A stretch of 64,000 nt of DNA from Phoronis australis (taxonomy: Eukaryota > Animalia > Phoronida). Both the position numbers and the translations under genes were made by a program. Below are positions 41,901 to 52,574 of this stretch, piece after piece. The stretch lies in assembly GCA_002633005.1 (NCBI GenBank), contig NMRA01000497.1, forward strand, positions 208,883-272,882, read 5' to 3'. The stretch's first letter is position 1. Every line of letters starts with the position of its first letter. A model generated the notes under the pieces. It was not told the DNA's origin, did no database searches, and saw only the letters and a program-made list of their open reading frames with translations.

Positions 41901-44900
41901 ACACATGTTCACGCTATGTCAAATTTATTTTTCAGGATACTCTGGAGGTAAGATACTTTCAGGTTGAATTCATTCAAAACTACAAGTAAAGTGTTCATAA
42001 AAAGCAAAATATGTGCCCACAAGCTTGGGATACATGAAGTTAAGACAGGTTTTCAAAACTTTCGTAAGTCTGCTTTTCCAGTAGTCATGCGTCATAGATA
42101 AAAGTGCACGTATATCGGCGACATACGTTCTTCAGAATCAGTATGCCGTCATAACCACTTCTTTTAATTGTTATATCCGTATCATGCAGACAGACAATAG
42201 CAGGCAAGCTAATTGCAAGTTCCGCGACATTTTTCTGGAAATACGGCAGCGAAATTTATTTGTTTGATAAGACTGACGCACGAAAAAGAAATCTCGAAAC
42301 AAAAGTCTACTGATCATCAATTTCCTACGACACTGGGAGAAGTTTTGGATTCAACCATGTATCTTTTTTTCCAAATATACGATTTCGGGGTACCTTTGGA
42401 CAATTTTCTTGATAATACGCCGGGCCACTGGGCGTGTCTAAAGGTAGCTCTCTCTACAGAAAGGCCCCGGTAAGTCGGATATTTTCTAAGGAAATTTTTT
42501 GAGGTGAGTGCGTTCAAAAAGCTTTCCACCCGTACCCATGGAAGTAGTGGTCCTACACTCTAAACGCGTTCACGGATAAGCACCTGTCAGTGGCGGATCT
42601 AGGATATCACAAGGGGGGGCCAACATTTTTGTCCGGCTGTAAGCATTTGCGCAAACTGAACCACGATTGTAGATGCGCATAGCAGCGAGTGGGGGAAATT
42701 TTTTTGTTTTTACCTCGTGTCAAACAGGAAAACTGAACGTACCAACAACTTGAACTCACGACCTGGCGGTTAGAGAGCGCGTGCGTTACCACTGCACCAC
42801 CAAGATTTAACTAGCAAACTCATACTAAAAGACCTACTTGTTTATGGTCCACAGCGTTTGCGCGCGAAACCTACTTCTTTTCGTAATGCTTATTACACGT
42901 TTTATATTTTGTTTCGTAACAAATTTGTCGTATTTAAAATAGTCTTCATATGCCCAAAAGACCAAATCCGTTTTTCGTGTTGGCAATAATGACGGGAGTG
43001 CTTTGGAAATCTTCTAAGTTAAGGTTTGACAAAGAGAGTATTGCGAGTTTCTGAGTGATTCACTAAGGCTTCGATTAAAATTCCCATCTTAGCAGCAGCT
43101 TCTGTTTTTTCATCGTCACTCAGGTTCCATTCTCTTTAAAAAATGAAGTAAATTTTCTTCATTGCAAAGTGGAGCAGACGACGAAAACGGAGTCGTAGTG
43201 CGCAGCGCCACTGCCGGTCGCCTGGGATATCGCGGGAGAGCCTATACTTAGCCATAGTACCGTTACGAATGCGCCGTGTTCCGAATTTGACACTTGAAAT
43301 TGGGTTTGAGCCCCCCCCCNNNNNNNNNNNNNNNNNNNNNNNNNNNNNNGGGCCCCCTGGCCCCCCCCCTAAATCCGCCTATGGCCTATTGGGTCAAAAT
43401 TGGTAGATTACCGGTTTTCGTTGGTTAACGAAAAAACGTTTACGTCATAGCATTTGGCTATTGGTTGGAGGCTGCTAAGTTCCTTTCCCAAACCATTTTG
43501 CCACAATTCGAAGTGGCCGACTAACGATTATCTTTTCGGCCTATCGTGTTAAAACTTCAAGCTACATACTTGTAAAGAGATGTCAACAGGGACTCGATGA
43601 CGTACAGTAAGCGCAAGTCAGCCTTAAAACAGCGCACCGTCGTGCTCTCACTTTGTATCGATTCAAGGGTCTTTTTGGAAAGGCTCTGCGATAGAAGTTA
43701 TCCCATTTAATAGAGATTCAGTGGAGAATAGACCGGCCTTCCAGAAAGACGGATGGGAGGCTTGACGATTGCCGCCACGTGTCAATTTTTGGAACGATTG
43801 TAGCGCCGGAGAAGCGTAAATAGCAGTTCAATGCTGTTTGGTATCCTTCATTACTTTATGCAGGATGTGTATCCACGCAATATTCACACAAATATTGAAT
43901 CACCAGTACAATGCAGGAAATAGTTTTCCTGTGAAGTATTGTTTTCTCATTCTATCCATTCGGAGGTTTGTAAAGATGCCGTATTTAACTCCCAACTCAG
44001 AGAGCAAAATGTTCAAGTGTTGGCACCAAACACATTCAGCGGTGACCAGCGTAAGAATGGAGAATAGGACACAACCTACACGACAATATGGGGAATGCGT
44101 GACACACACCAGACCTGTGGCTTATTTTTCTACTGTGAAAACTGTGGGTAACTTGAACGAAGGTCTTGGTGGGCGAAGCGGATGTTCTCTTGCAGACCCG
44201 GAGACAGTCGCAGATGATCTTGTTGTGCAGAATCTGAAATTGTACTACAGCAACAACAGTCGAGTTCTGATTTGTTCTTATCTTGTTCGCCTTAAAACAG
44301 TTTTGGGCTTCCTGCATCAAGAAAATCCATTAGTGGCTGGTGCTCTTATTCCGAGATGTTCTGGCTACGTTTTTGGGACGTGCTGTAACACAGCCGTTCC
44401 AGTGCACACTCAGTTCTAACTGGACTGGCAGCGCTTCATAGTGAAGGATCATGGAATTGAAATGGCCATTATATTAAACGTGTTTAAGGAGGCATGGAAC
44501 GTGCAAAATTTATTATATTGCATTAAGTGGTTCTCTGCCAGTTGGACAGAAATAAAACTGTTCACCTGGCATTTTTACGGTTTGTTTGATGTCAAAAAAC
44601 ATTTTTCGTTTAGTTTCAAATATGACAAAAAAGCCCGTCACGATTTCCCACGCAGCAAAGCGCGTCTTCATATTTGGTATGGCATAACATAGACATAGCA
44701 CATTTCCAATAAAACAGTGGGAATTTCAAGTAGTAACCAGTCCAATATCCTTGAGCACATATGTGCACTGCACTATTAGGAGCGAAGCAATGAGAAACTG
44801 AATTGGTGCGGAAGAATTTTAACTTTGTGTTTTAGAAATAGTTTATCTGACGAGTTTCAAGCAATTATTGCAATATTCAAAATGAATACATATCACGTCA

Positions 44901-45137
44901 GCATCCACAATAAGAATATTCGCCACTGTATATTTAAAAGGTATGCTTCGTTAATATATTGTCGTTCATATTTATTTTGCAGGTTCCATGGCTGGCATTG
45001 CTATAGGGATGATTTTGTTGGGACTTGTGCTTGGAGCGTTGGGCGTGATCGCTTATCAACGAGTGAAGGCCAGGCAGTACAATGCGTATAAAAAAGATCT
45101 TGACATGCGAGCAGTGTCTGGGAGTATCACCGAGTAA
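17524..45137 (+). CDS. Type I membrane protein (~771 aa): signal peptide, 2x fibronectin type II, 2x ependymin/LolA-fold-like repeats, membrane-proximal domain, TM helix, short tail; 17 coding exons
   Basis: Exons 17524-17623, 18442-18597, 22107-22478, 22823-22924, 24369-24533, 25549-25700 (or its duplicate 28849-29000), 30847-30975, 31819-31933, 33311-33471, 33721-33822, 34592-34675, 37258-37381, 37888-37997, 38542-38727, 40389-40479, 41936-41947, 44983-45137 sum to 2316 nt, with compatible phases at every junction and no internal stop. Confidence 0.85.
18442..18597 (+). CDS. Exon 2: fibronectin type II domain 1
   Basis: GNAGGAPCKFPFVYKNQTYSKC...LWCSTTGNYDKDQMYGNC matches the FN2 consensus; phase 1-1. 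Confidence 0.93.
18774..19940. repeat. ~570-bp direct duplication split by a single N (probable allelic overlap at a contig join)
   Basis: 18774-19343 is nearly identical to 19345-19940; N at 19344. Confidence 0.8.
19701..21450. mobile_element. Non-autonomous Kolobok-like DNA transposon in intron 2
   Basis: Flanked by TTAA on both sides. Imperfect TIRs GAGTGAATCCATACAAAAACCA and (reverse complement) GAGGAAGTCCATATAAAAACCA. Purine termini with a TTAA TSD fit Kolobok rather than piggyBac (CCC termini). Confidence 0.65.
22107..22478 (+). CDS. Exon 3: FN2 domain 2 plus start of ependymin/LolA-like repeat 1
   Basis: CVFPFKYNGAFFQKC...PWCGTVSDVDKEPTKWGEC, then LPPLPTTFSARVQ...EEYYDEDRN; tgcag|...CCT G|gttagt. 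Confidence 0.92.
22823..22924 (+). CDS. Exon 4
   Basis: cctcag|AT TTA CAG...ACA G|gtttgt; DLQESLDGTETCVAESLDFGGSTFEFPFKDVNGT. Confidence 0.8.
24369..24533 (+). CDS. Exon 5
   Basis: tttcag|AT ACT...ACT A|gtgagt; ILGPLHILEFGEDFPLIYKGMDQLDSLPVEKWEACVY...VTYYFT. Confidence 0.87.
25549..25700 (+). CDS. Exon 6, copy a; ends at a GC donor
   Basis: tttacag|GC AAC ACT...TTC GAG|gcaaga; NTTVNASPLVQVPVKQ...ELPTDPSIFE. Confidence 0.8.
28849..29000 (+). CDS. Exon 6, copy b (allelic or duplicated copy)
   Basis: Same 152-nt exon with 3 amino acid changes (V>E, N>K, Y>S) and intact splice sites. Confidence 0.65.
30847..30975 (+). CDS. Exon 7: junction of repeat 1 and repeat 2
   Basis: caccag|ACA CCA...AGC|gtgagt; TPIGQLCDGRPFTKSLPSIPDAFSFRIE... 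Confidence 0.87.
31819..31933 (+). CDS. Exon 8
   Basis: taacag|GAA TGG TAT GAC...GAC G|gtaaga; EWYDYKQNLTRMDY...IHDFSD. Confidence 0.87.
31952..32208. repeat. (CAT)n microsatellite
   Basis: Imperfect CAT/CAC/CGT triplets. Confidence 0.95.
33311..33471 (+). CDS. Exon 9
   Basis: ttgtag|GT ATT TCC...AAG|gttcgc; GISYVIDKKRRNCSIKAI...LRNPKEFF...YYYEGK. Confidence 0.85.
33721..33822 (+). CDS. Exon 10
   Basis: ttgcag|AGA TGG...GAC|gtaagt; RWMRNILTDVYI...WEWYFSD. Confidence 0.85.
34592..34675 (+). CDS. Exon 11
   Basis: cttgcag|AAA GAC TGG...CAA|gtacga; KDWFVING...IPVKLVVYPEDQ. Confidence 0.8.
37258..37381 (+). CDS. Exon 12
   Basis: ctttcag|ACG GTA...AAC G|gtatat; LHFFDFTEESPGIETYDVSTCY closes repeat 2. 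Confidence 0.8.
37888..37997 (+). CDS. Exon 13
   Basis: ctttcag|GG AAG...GTT|gtaagt; GKFKGNVDRSIPIFRY...NIRLLRVQDIV. Confidence 0.82.
38542..38727 (+). CDS. Exon 14
   Basis: ttgcag|GTC TCC...GAC|gtaagt; VSFDNQNHVFVHFTLL...LADAEKAITAWVNAGNF. Confidence 0.85.
38833..39008. repeat. (CAT)n microsatellite
   Basis: Imperfect CAT triplets. Confidence 0.95.
40389..40479 (+). CDS. Exon 15 (stalk)
   Basis: ccatcag|ATG GTG...TCA G|gtaaca; MVYMTAMPNSF...TPGPAVTITTS. Confidence 0.8.
41936..41947 (+). CDS. Exon 16: 12-nt microexon (G-Y-S-G-G junction)
   Basis: tttatttttcag|GATACTCTGGAG|gtaaga, phase 1-1. Confidence 0.7.
42745..42802 (-). mobile_element. tRNA-derived SINE-like head
   Basis: Minus strand TGGTGCAGTGG (A box) ... 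GAGTTCAAGT (B-box-like); no complete cloverleaf. Confidence 0.4.
44983..45137 (+). CDS. Exon 17: transmembrane helix and cytoplasmic tail
   Basis: ttttgcag|GT TCC ATG GCT...GAG TAA; SMAGIAIGMILLGLVLGALGVIAY-QRVKARQYNAYKKDLDMRAVSGSITE*. Confidence 0.9.
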
Positions 45138-45212
45138 CTTGTTGAAACCCCATAAAAACATTTCATAAGTATAATATTCATACCAGGCAGTTATATGTTG
45201 ATACTTTTCAGG

Positions 45213-45218
45213 AATAAA
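45213..45218 (+). terminator. Candidate polyadenylation signal (further AATAAA at 45381 and 45390)
   Basis: AATAAA 76 nt after the stop codon. Confidence 0.4.
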
Positions 45219-47219
45219 TGTTTGGAAGCTCTAATTAAATTAGAGTGGTTAGTACATCGCTTGGCTTCCTATGTTTAGATTTGTTAACTATTGTCATAAT
45301 ATTTGATTAAATATCTTGCGTGTTTGTTATATTTTTGGCCATGGACATTATCACGAGTACGTTATCCTTGTCTACTTATAAATAAACAAAATAAAAAGCA
45401 TGGGTAGATGTTTCACTCTTATTTGCTATCGTTAACTAGATTCTGCATTTGAAGTCCAAATGTAGGAAACGAATGTATATGCCCGTAGCCGGGTGTTGGG
45501 TGGCTGCAAGGCCCCCTCCCCCACGAAATTTGGTGCCCGCCTTGGGCAAGCCGAATTTAAGTCATATTACCTGTACCTGTACTTTTTCAATTACTTGCGT
45601 AATGATCTTTTACTAAAGCTACTGTTCCTAGTCGCAATGTCTTCAAGGCTGGCTAATGTGGTCCCGGCTGCACTGACTAACCTTCATAGATTTCAAATAT
45701 CATGTTTTCCACCAATAAATCGACATCTTTTTAAAAATATGGAACTAACATGAAGATTTTCCAACATTGGCACTCACATGACCGTATTTACCTAAAAGTT
45801 TCATCGAGAACTCCACTAACGAACACACATAGCACAAATAACGAGTTGCATATTTTGCTATGTTACTTATACTTTTCCAGGTATCAAAAATAAATACAAA
45901 TTCCATATGGATTTGAGAAGAAGGATATTGATCTGATAGAAATACATGTTTGTGTTAAACTACACGTGTTTTTAAATGGGTCACTGTGTTATTAGCCGAG
46001 GTTGATGCGCTGTGTGAGTATTTCCACGAGACCGACTAACATACATGTATTCCTAACCCCCATTTCTTCGCCGAGTCTTAATTTCTTCCTTTTTGGCCAC
46101 TCCACGTAAGAATACAACGACACTGAAAAGCTACAGTGTTGTAGCTTCCATTTTTGCGGAGTGACAGGTGAGGAGAGGATATTTGAGTTTGTATTCTAAG
46201 CACCTGTTTTCTGTGTATTTTATGGATTTTTATTTATTGTTACCAGTTTTCAACTCATACTCGTTTCACTCATTAGCAACTGCCATTCCTAATGTCGCTG
46301 AGGCTAATTGGACCTACTTTTATGCGCTGGACTTGGTTTCGGCTTCAACCTCCGATTGGAGGTGGACAAATCCTGTTGATTTATCGAAAATGTGTCATAT
46401 AAATAAAAGTTCTTGATTGGGTTGAATTGGATATAACCTCTGATATTTTTACACTACAAAATAATGAAAATAGAACGCTACTGTAGTTACCACCGCAGTT
46501 TACAATGATCAGTTTCACCAGCTTTGTTTACAAGTTCTCGTGAACGCGCGAGTGAAATTGAAGGTTGAGTGGCAAACAATGTTCGTTATTGTGAGGAGAA
46601 TTGCGATTTTAAATACCAAGTGCTCCTCAGTGTATTACGTTTGGTTAAGTTTTGAAAAGTATAGAAAACGTAAATCCATGTTACTTCTTTAACTTAACCG
46701 TGGTTATTTTGGTCGAAACTTTGGGTGTCCAGAGTAGCCATAGAAAGTAGTTCTGTTTTGATCACATGACGATGGTCATTTTATGGTCAGGTTACTGTAC
46801 AATCGCCCTTTGGGTTATTGTGCGGAGAAGTGACAAAGTTATTGCACGGCCGTATCAAGATAATGCGGTATAAATACAGTTTATTACATGACAAAGTCGT
46901 TATTCCCGTAAACTAGATCCAAAGTGACTTTTGGAAAATTATAATTCTACAACATCCACGAGGGCCCTAGATAAAGGGAATAACGCCTGAGAACGTGTAA
47001 TAATCTATTTACACCATGTACTGAATGATACATGTAAACGTTGCAATGAATCGATCTACCCATCTCGACTCGCCTCGCATGGTAATTACTTTCCGTGTCA
47101 GGGGACCGGAAGCGGCGGTCTTGACCTTTTAAGATACGCCGGGTTATTCTATTTGAAATGATGTTTTTACTCAAAACCACCTCAAAATTTATGTATTTTC
47201 ACGTATGATGACGTCACAT

Positions 47220-47295
47220 GCTGAATAGCTTAGCGGTTAAGTCGACTGCTCGAAACTCTAGTGAAGCGGCCGGTTTGAATCCGACCCCAGGTTAC
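47220..47295 (+). mobile_element. tRNA-derived SINE-like head or tRNA pseudogene
   Basis: TAGCTTAGCGG (A box) and GGTTTGAATCC (B-box-like); acceptor and anticodon stems do not pair. Confidence 0.4.
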
Positions 47296-47334
47296 CGCCA
47301 AAATGTTATTCAGCACGCGTTAATTACAGATAAC

Positions 47335-48585
47335 ACAAGAGGAACACGGAGAGTTGAAATGCGCCCAAGCATGCACCGCAAACGGTTTGCTTCTAGGGGT
47401 GTTTATTTGTATCACAGAAATGGGCACTAGATGGCGCAAAGTAAGTCGAATCCATCTAAAACGGGAACTTGTCGTTGCTTCTTCAAATATCATAAAAATC
47501 CGTCAAGTAACTTCAGAGTAACATAGGAAAACGGAAAAAAGTGAAAGTGTCCCTATGTGCCAAAGGGCGCAAAAAATAACTAGGAGGCGCCAGAGTAGTC
47601 TAAGTCGTAGGAAAATCATCGTCAAGCGTCCTCTTCACATGCACTAAGAACAGATATGCCAATTTTCACAATCACACTTCGAGTGATTTGATTGATAGAG
47701 AAGCAGACGCAAAAAAGACTATAAAACAGTAAAAATGGCCTCAAAATATATCAAATCCATCCGAATACAGGAACTTGTCACTGCTTTTATAGAAATCTAT
47801 TCATTAACTTTCAAAAAAATTCGAGAAGGAGCTTGAACTAGAGAAAAATAGGAAAAGGGAAAACATTAAATTGCCACCAGGGGGCACAATGTTTATCGGG
47901 TTCGTCTGAAAGTCATCGCCGTCCGTTGTCAATTTCACATAAGCATATTTGCTAAAATTTATAAAGATCCTGCACAGAGTTTGGAAGATACAGCCACGGG
48001 AGTAAATAAAATACAGCTGCCACAAAGAGGAGCCGCAGTAACTGCGGTCGGCGGAAAATCATCGACAGCCGTCCTCTTCACTTTAGGAATATACATACCA
48101 ATTTCCACAATCATACTTAGAATGGTTTGGTTGACAGAGATTCGGACGCCAAAACAGACTCGAAAACAAATGGCTTCATCATTAGTTGACAGAGGGGCGG
48201 ACGACTCGGAAACAGTATAAATGTCCACTAGGTAGCGAAAAATACCTCTAATCTATCCGAAAACAGGAGAATAGCATCATCTCACTAATTGGTGCCTAAC
48301 TGTTAAATTTTATGAAAACCCGTTGGTGACCTCCGAAGATACAGAGGTAAACGTAAAAAACTAAATCTGCAACTAGGGGCACACCTGTAGTTAGATAGGT
48401 CCGAAATTTGTCGCTTATCGTTGTTAGCTTAGTAAAAACACATCTGCTAAATTTCATCAAAATCTTGTTATGGGTTACGGATATACAGCCGAAGGATGCT
48501 GAAGGCCGGATGACCGACGCCGGACGCCGAGACAGAGATGACGGCAACATGCATCCACAGATAAATGCGTGTGCGTATAAAATGG
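47335..48585 (+). mobile_element. Decayed Helentron-associated (HINE/DINE-1-like) element with internal ~150-bp subunits
   Basis: Starts ACAAGAGG, has internal subunits with CCACYAGRGGGC-like cores, a GACG/GGAC-rich stretch (48505-48545) and ends in an A-rich TATAAAA. Structural resemblance only. Confidence 0.4.
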
Positions 48586-48950
48586 GTTATTCAACGGTTG
48601 TATACGTCAGGCTGGTTATGTGGTATAATAAGGGCTATTTACAACCCTATGGTGTAAAATGAAGCTTTATAAACGACCATTTTCTTCCTGCTTATACCCA
48701 AACACGGAGATCTGGAAATAGCCTGTCTTAAAACATTTCCTTATTGTGGTATAGATTTATTTCTTCCACGAAATTGAATAGTGACATCGTGCGCCATTAA
48801 ATTAATGTGGTTCATCTACTAAGGGTTGGCCAACATTCGTTAGCACACCTTCATTTGCCTATGTCCTGAACCATTCGTTTACAGATAAGTGTTGATTTCA
48901 ATCATGATCTGAAGAGGTAGCTTAACATACATTCTTATGACTGAGTAACC

Positions 48951-49430
48951 TCGTGAATCATCAAACGGGCGTTTATTCCTGCCAGAACTTGGGGTTGCAG
49001 TCATTGAGGATCGAGAGCACCTTCTGGCAAGGCATCAGCGGGCTATAGTGGAACCAACTCATCCTCAAACTGTGGACGATGAACCACTTTGAAGACCAGT
49101 CGTTGTACGTCATCTTGCACTGCGTTGACAACGGCATCAGTCACACCAAATGACATGAACTAAACACCACCCTCAAGGCATATATTTACAGAATCCACAG
49201 CAAATTTCAATACAGTACAATCGTTTGGTCCGCAGTAGTACTACGTTTACAATAACGAAGAGGCGTGAATACCGCCAGGGCCAGAATCAACTCCATGGCG
49301 GCTAAGATTGTTCTCAGTCATTCTGGATGCTACATCAGGTACCCTGACATTACAGCGGACGCCAGGTTGTTGTTTTTCGAGCCAGGTGGTTTCCACCTGT
49401 TGTGTTAAGGAAGCGACTTTTTCTCAAGGG
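48951..49430 (+). pseudogene. Decayed SGNH-hydrolase ORF of an Ngaro/DIRS-type tyrosine-recombinase retrotransposon
   Basis: With one frameshift and several stops: S*IIKRAFIPAR / NLGLQSLRIESTFWQGISGL*WNQL...VILHCVDNGI...KFQYSTIVWSAVVLRL...RARINS...GCYIRYPDI...FFEPGGFHL..GSDFF. This matches the family pattern GSSII..A..NLGL..W.G.GG..W..L..IHxGGND..IVWS.ILPR..R..N..I.HP.I..DGVHL. Confidence 0.7.
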
Positions 49431-50374
49431 TGCCTTAAAGGAATTCATTGCTCGCGGACCTCCGGTGTATGACCAATAGCTCTCTCAGTTATGTTTAGGT
49501 ATGAGTCTTCTAAATGGTAGCCTTGTTTGGGGCATATCACCATATTATACTGTTTAACTGCCCTTCTACATTTTCCCACGTCTCCTGTCACTCCTATTCG
49601 TCTCTGAATACAAGGGTCACGCACCCCACGCGGGCTGTGGTGGTGGACAGGATTATTCATCCATGAACAACCCTGCCCATGCGGCACAAATTGAGCCACA
49701 AAACCACGTTCATTGCAATATCTCTTTTTATCAGGTTGTTATAGCCCAGTTGGCTGTAATTGGTGTACCCACCTGGAACTTTATATGATTTTTGCCCATT
49801 TGGCAGTTTGTAATCATTAGGTATTCATTATCCAATCTGCCGCTTTGCCCGACCCACTTAGAAGGCAAATGGCCAGCACCCATTTGGTATTATGTACCCA
49901 TTTGGTACTACATTAACCTGTGCTACTCAGTATCCAATATTCAACTACACATTAGTTATCGTAAATGTTACCTCTTGTTATCAAAATACCCATCTGGTAC
50001 CTTCTGTGAAAACATTAAATGTACATGTAGAGCCGTGGCCCTGAACTTCGCAATACAACTAAAATATATATTAATCTCGTGTTATTTTACTTGTCCCAAA
50101 TTATCAAAACTCATTCGAGAAAAGGTCTCTTAAAAGTTTCTCAGAATTTATACACCTGTAAACCACCGATCTTGTTTCTAAGTCAATAAACAATGTATTT
50201 AGATTTAGTTGAATACATGAGTACATTTTATGATACCCTAAATGAATATCTGAATTTCATCAATATCATTGAGAAAGATTCTAGATTGGAAAAAAATTGT
50301 TTAGAGTACTTTTTGACTTTGGGAAACGGATGATTGAGATTATTTTAATTTCAGCTTGCATTTAAACTCATGCA

Positions 50375-51332
50375 GCCGATTTCATAAAGGTGGTTTAACA
50401 AAACCAAGTTTAAGACTTAAATCTGGTCTTCCTAAACCTGGTCTAATTTTAGACCTAACTTGCATTTCACCAACACGGTTTAAGAGTCTGAAAGCCTGGT
50501 TTTGCTAGACCAGAGAGCTGGTTCAGTAGAACCAGGTTTAAAGTATCAAAGACACCCCACTGTGTCGAGGTGGGTAAACCCAACAAAGAAACTATTGAAG
50601 TGCTTCAATGAAACCTTGATCACGTGGGTATAGAATGGCATACACCTGTAGAATCAGTGCAGACATTTATGACAAAGGTCTAAAAGCTTTTCTCATGAGG
50701 AAAAATGTAATTTGTGTGCCCAACACACACACATTAAAGAACATGCTCTTGATTAGATGTAACATGATAAATGCCCAAATTTATTTCCGTGTCATTTTAG
50801 TTTTTAGTTTTCGCGACCAAAGGGGTGGGGGCAAGACCACTTCCCGGCAACATTGAATCGGAAAACAGTGGAGGTGGACGATGACGCCCTGCTCGACCAG
50901 TCGTATTCTGAAGAATCCGCAGGACACACTCCAGCACATACTTGTCTACGCATAGGCGGATCCAGGGGGGTCAAGGGGTCCGGAGCCCCTTTTTTTCCCT
51001 TGATTTAATGATATCAAATCTATAATTTTCAAATTGTTGACTTGGTCCCCCCTTTCAAAAAGTCCTTGACCGTCCCCTCCCCTTTAAAAAATCCGGGATC
51101 CGCCCCTGTTACGTTTGATCTCGTGTTGTAGTAAACCTGAATAATGAAAATAGTCCATTTTCGCTCTAAAACTGCGTCGTAATTGCACACCGCGGCATCG
51201 TTCAGTTGTACCTATACCATGCAAGTCTGACATATTCAACAGTTAAATCTGGGTCTGACCAAATCTAAAGTTAAACATGGTTGAAGATCTTAATACAGGT
51301 CTAAAGAATATAGACCTCGTTGGTGAAATTCG
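50375..51332. mobile_element. Possible PIF/Harbinger-type MITE
   Basis: Degenerate terminal inverted repeats GATTTCATAAAGGTGGTTTA and (reverse complement) GAATTTCACCAACGAGGTCTA, with AGACC/GGTCT-rich subterminal repeats; no clear TSD. Confidence 0.35.
50951..51108. mobile_element. hAT-like MITE nested in the previous element
   Basis: TIRs CATAGGCGGATCCAGG and CCGGGATCCGCCCCTG; similar termini at 42588 and 43368-43383. Confidence 0.55.
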
Positions 51333-52574
51333 TAGAGTAAACGCATATGTAAATCAGCTACTAACAAATCCGTTTTTAATAAAAACAGTTCATTAAAGCA
51401 GTTTTCGAAGGTGTGTTCGCAGATTTTTGACAGACAACCGAAAAAACACGGAGGACACGGTATCCCACGGCGTTTAGGGATAACACTCTGGAATTTTAGG
51501 AATTTATTTGTAGTTTGAACTGGCTGATATGGTTAATGAGTTAAACTGGAGCTCAAAAATCGCTGCAATATTTGTTTGTAATTGTAAGTATAATTACTGT
51601 ACAGTACATTAAGTACCTTAATCCGTTATACATGTACACTGTACAGAGTCATAAAAATCGGACCTCCGTCAATCTGATTGACATATACAAAAGTGAAGTT
51701 TAATCCCGTCATCAAACGACCTTCCAAGATGTGGCATTGTGTAACAAAAGGTGTACGATTTTTTAAACACCGGAATACATAGGTAATCGATTCCATCATT
51801 GTGAGCCGCTGTTTTTTTCAATAAAACACAAAATGGGTGACCGCGTGGGTGCAAACGACGGATCCCTTAAAATAGAAAGGTACATTACTTTAATAAAACA
51901 GAAAATTATCAGCAATTGGTAGTATTTGTCATGTTCTCGATTTTTAATAAGTGTCTTTTAATTTGTCTCAAGAAAAAACGAAGAACGAGAGTGACATAAC
52001 GCGCGAGTAGAGAAATATATATGTAATTTTGCATCGAATTTAATTTTAAACAATAGTAGATTAACATGGTCTGAAAAAGCTGCGCTTTAAAAACTTTCTC
52101 GACCTTTCGAATTACAAGCACAAAAGATATAGTGCAAATTTCCAAGTGTATTTACGCTATCTGTGCTGCAAGCAATTTAACCCTCTAACAATGATGTCCT
52201 GGCTAGGGCTCCTAAAGGGCAAATCAAGCAATAGTACTTGACAAATGTTCGCTTGAATTTTCTCTCCTCATCTTTCGCTGTCTTCGCCACTACCACCCAT
52301 TCCACGCATATACCAGTTACCACGGACTAACCCTGACGTCTGAAAAAGTTTTAGGGCGCCCCTGCCCCACCCCCGTTTCTTATGGCCCATTGTAAATGTT
52401 TAATTAGGCGGGAAACGTCCCGTGAATGACATCATTTTCATTGTTGGGCTATAGAATCGAACAAGTTTGGAGCCGTGAAAGAATGAAATACAAGCGAAGA
52501 AGTCCACCATTCACGGAAACTCTTGATGGATTTCATCGTGAGGTTGCCCAATATGCCTGGATACTTTTTATATT

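Noticed and set aside
42588-43383. One intact hAT MITE
   Set aside because: The TIR-like ends match but the flanks (GCACCTGT vs GCCTATTG) are not a TSD and an N gap intervenes.
43838-44419. 193-aa ORF in the last intron
   Set aside because: No recognisable domain, non-ATG start and no fit to the gene's splice phases; it could be a decayed TE but I cannot support a call.
47220-47295. Functional tRNA gene (also 42745-42802 and 57658-57727)
   Set aside because: A/B-box-like motifs are present but the cloverleaf stems do not pair; treated as SINE-like remnants.
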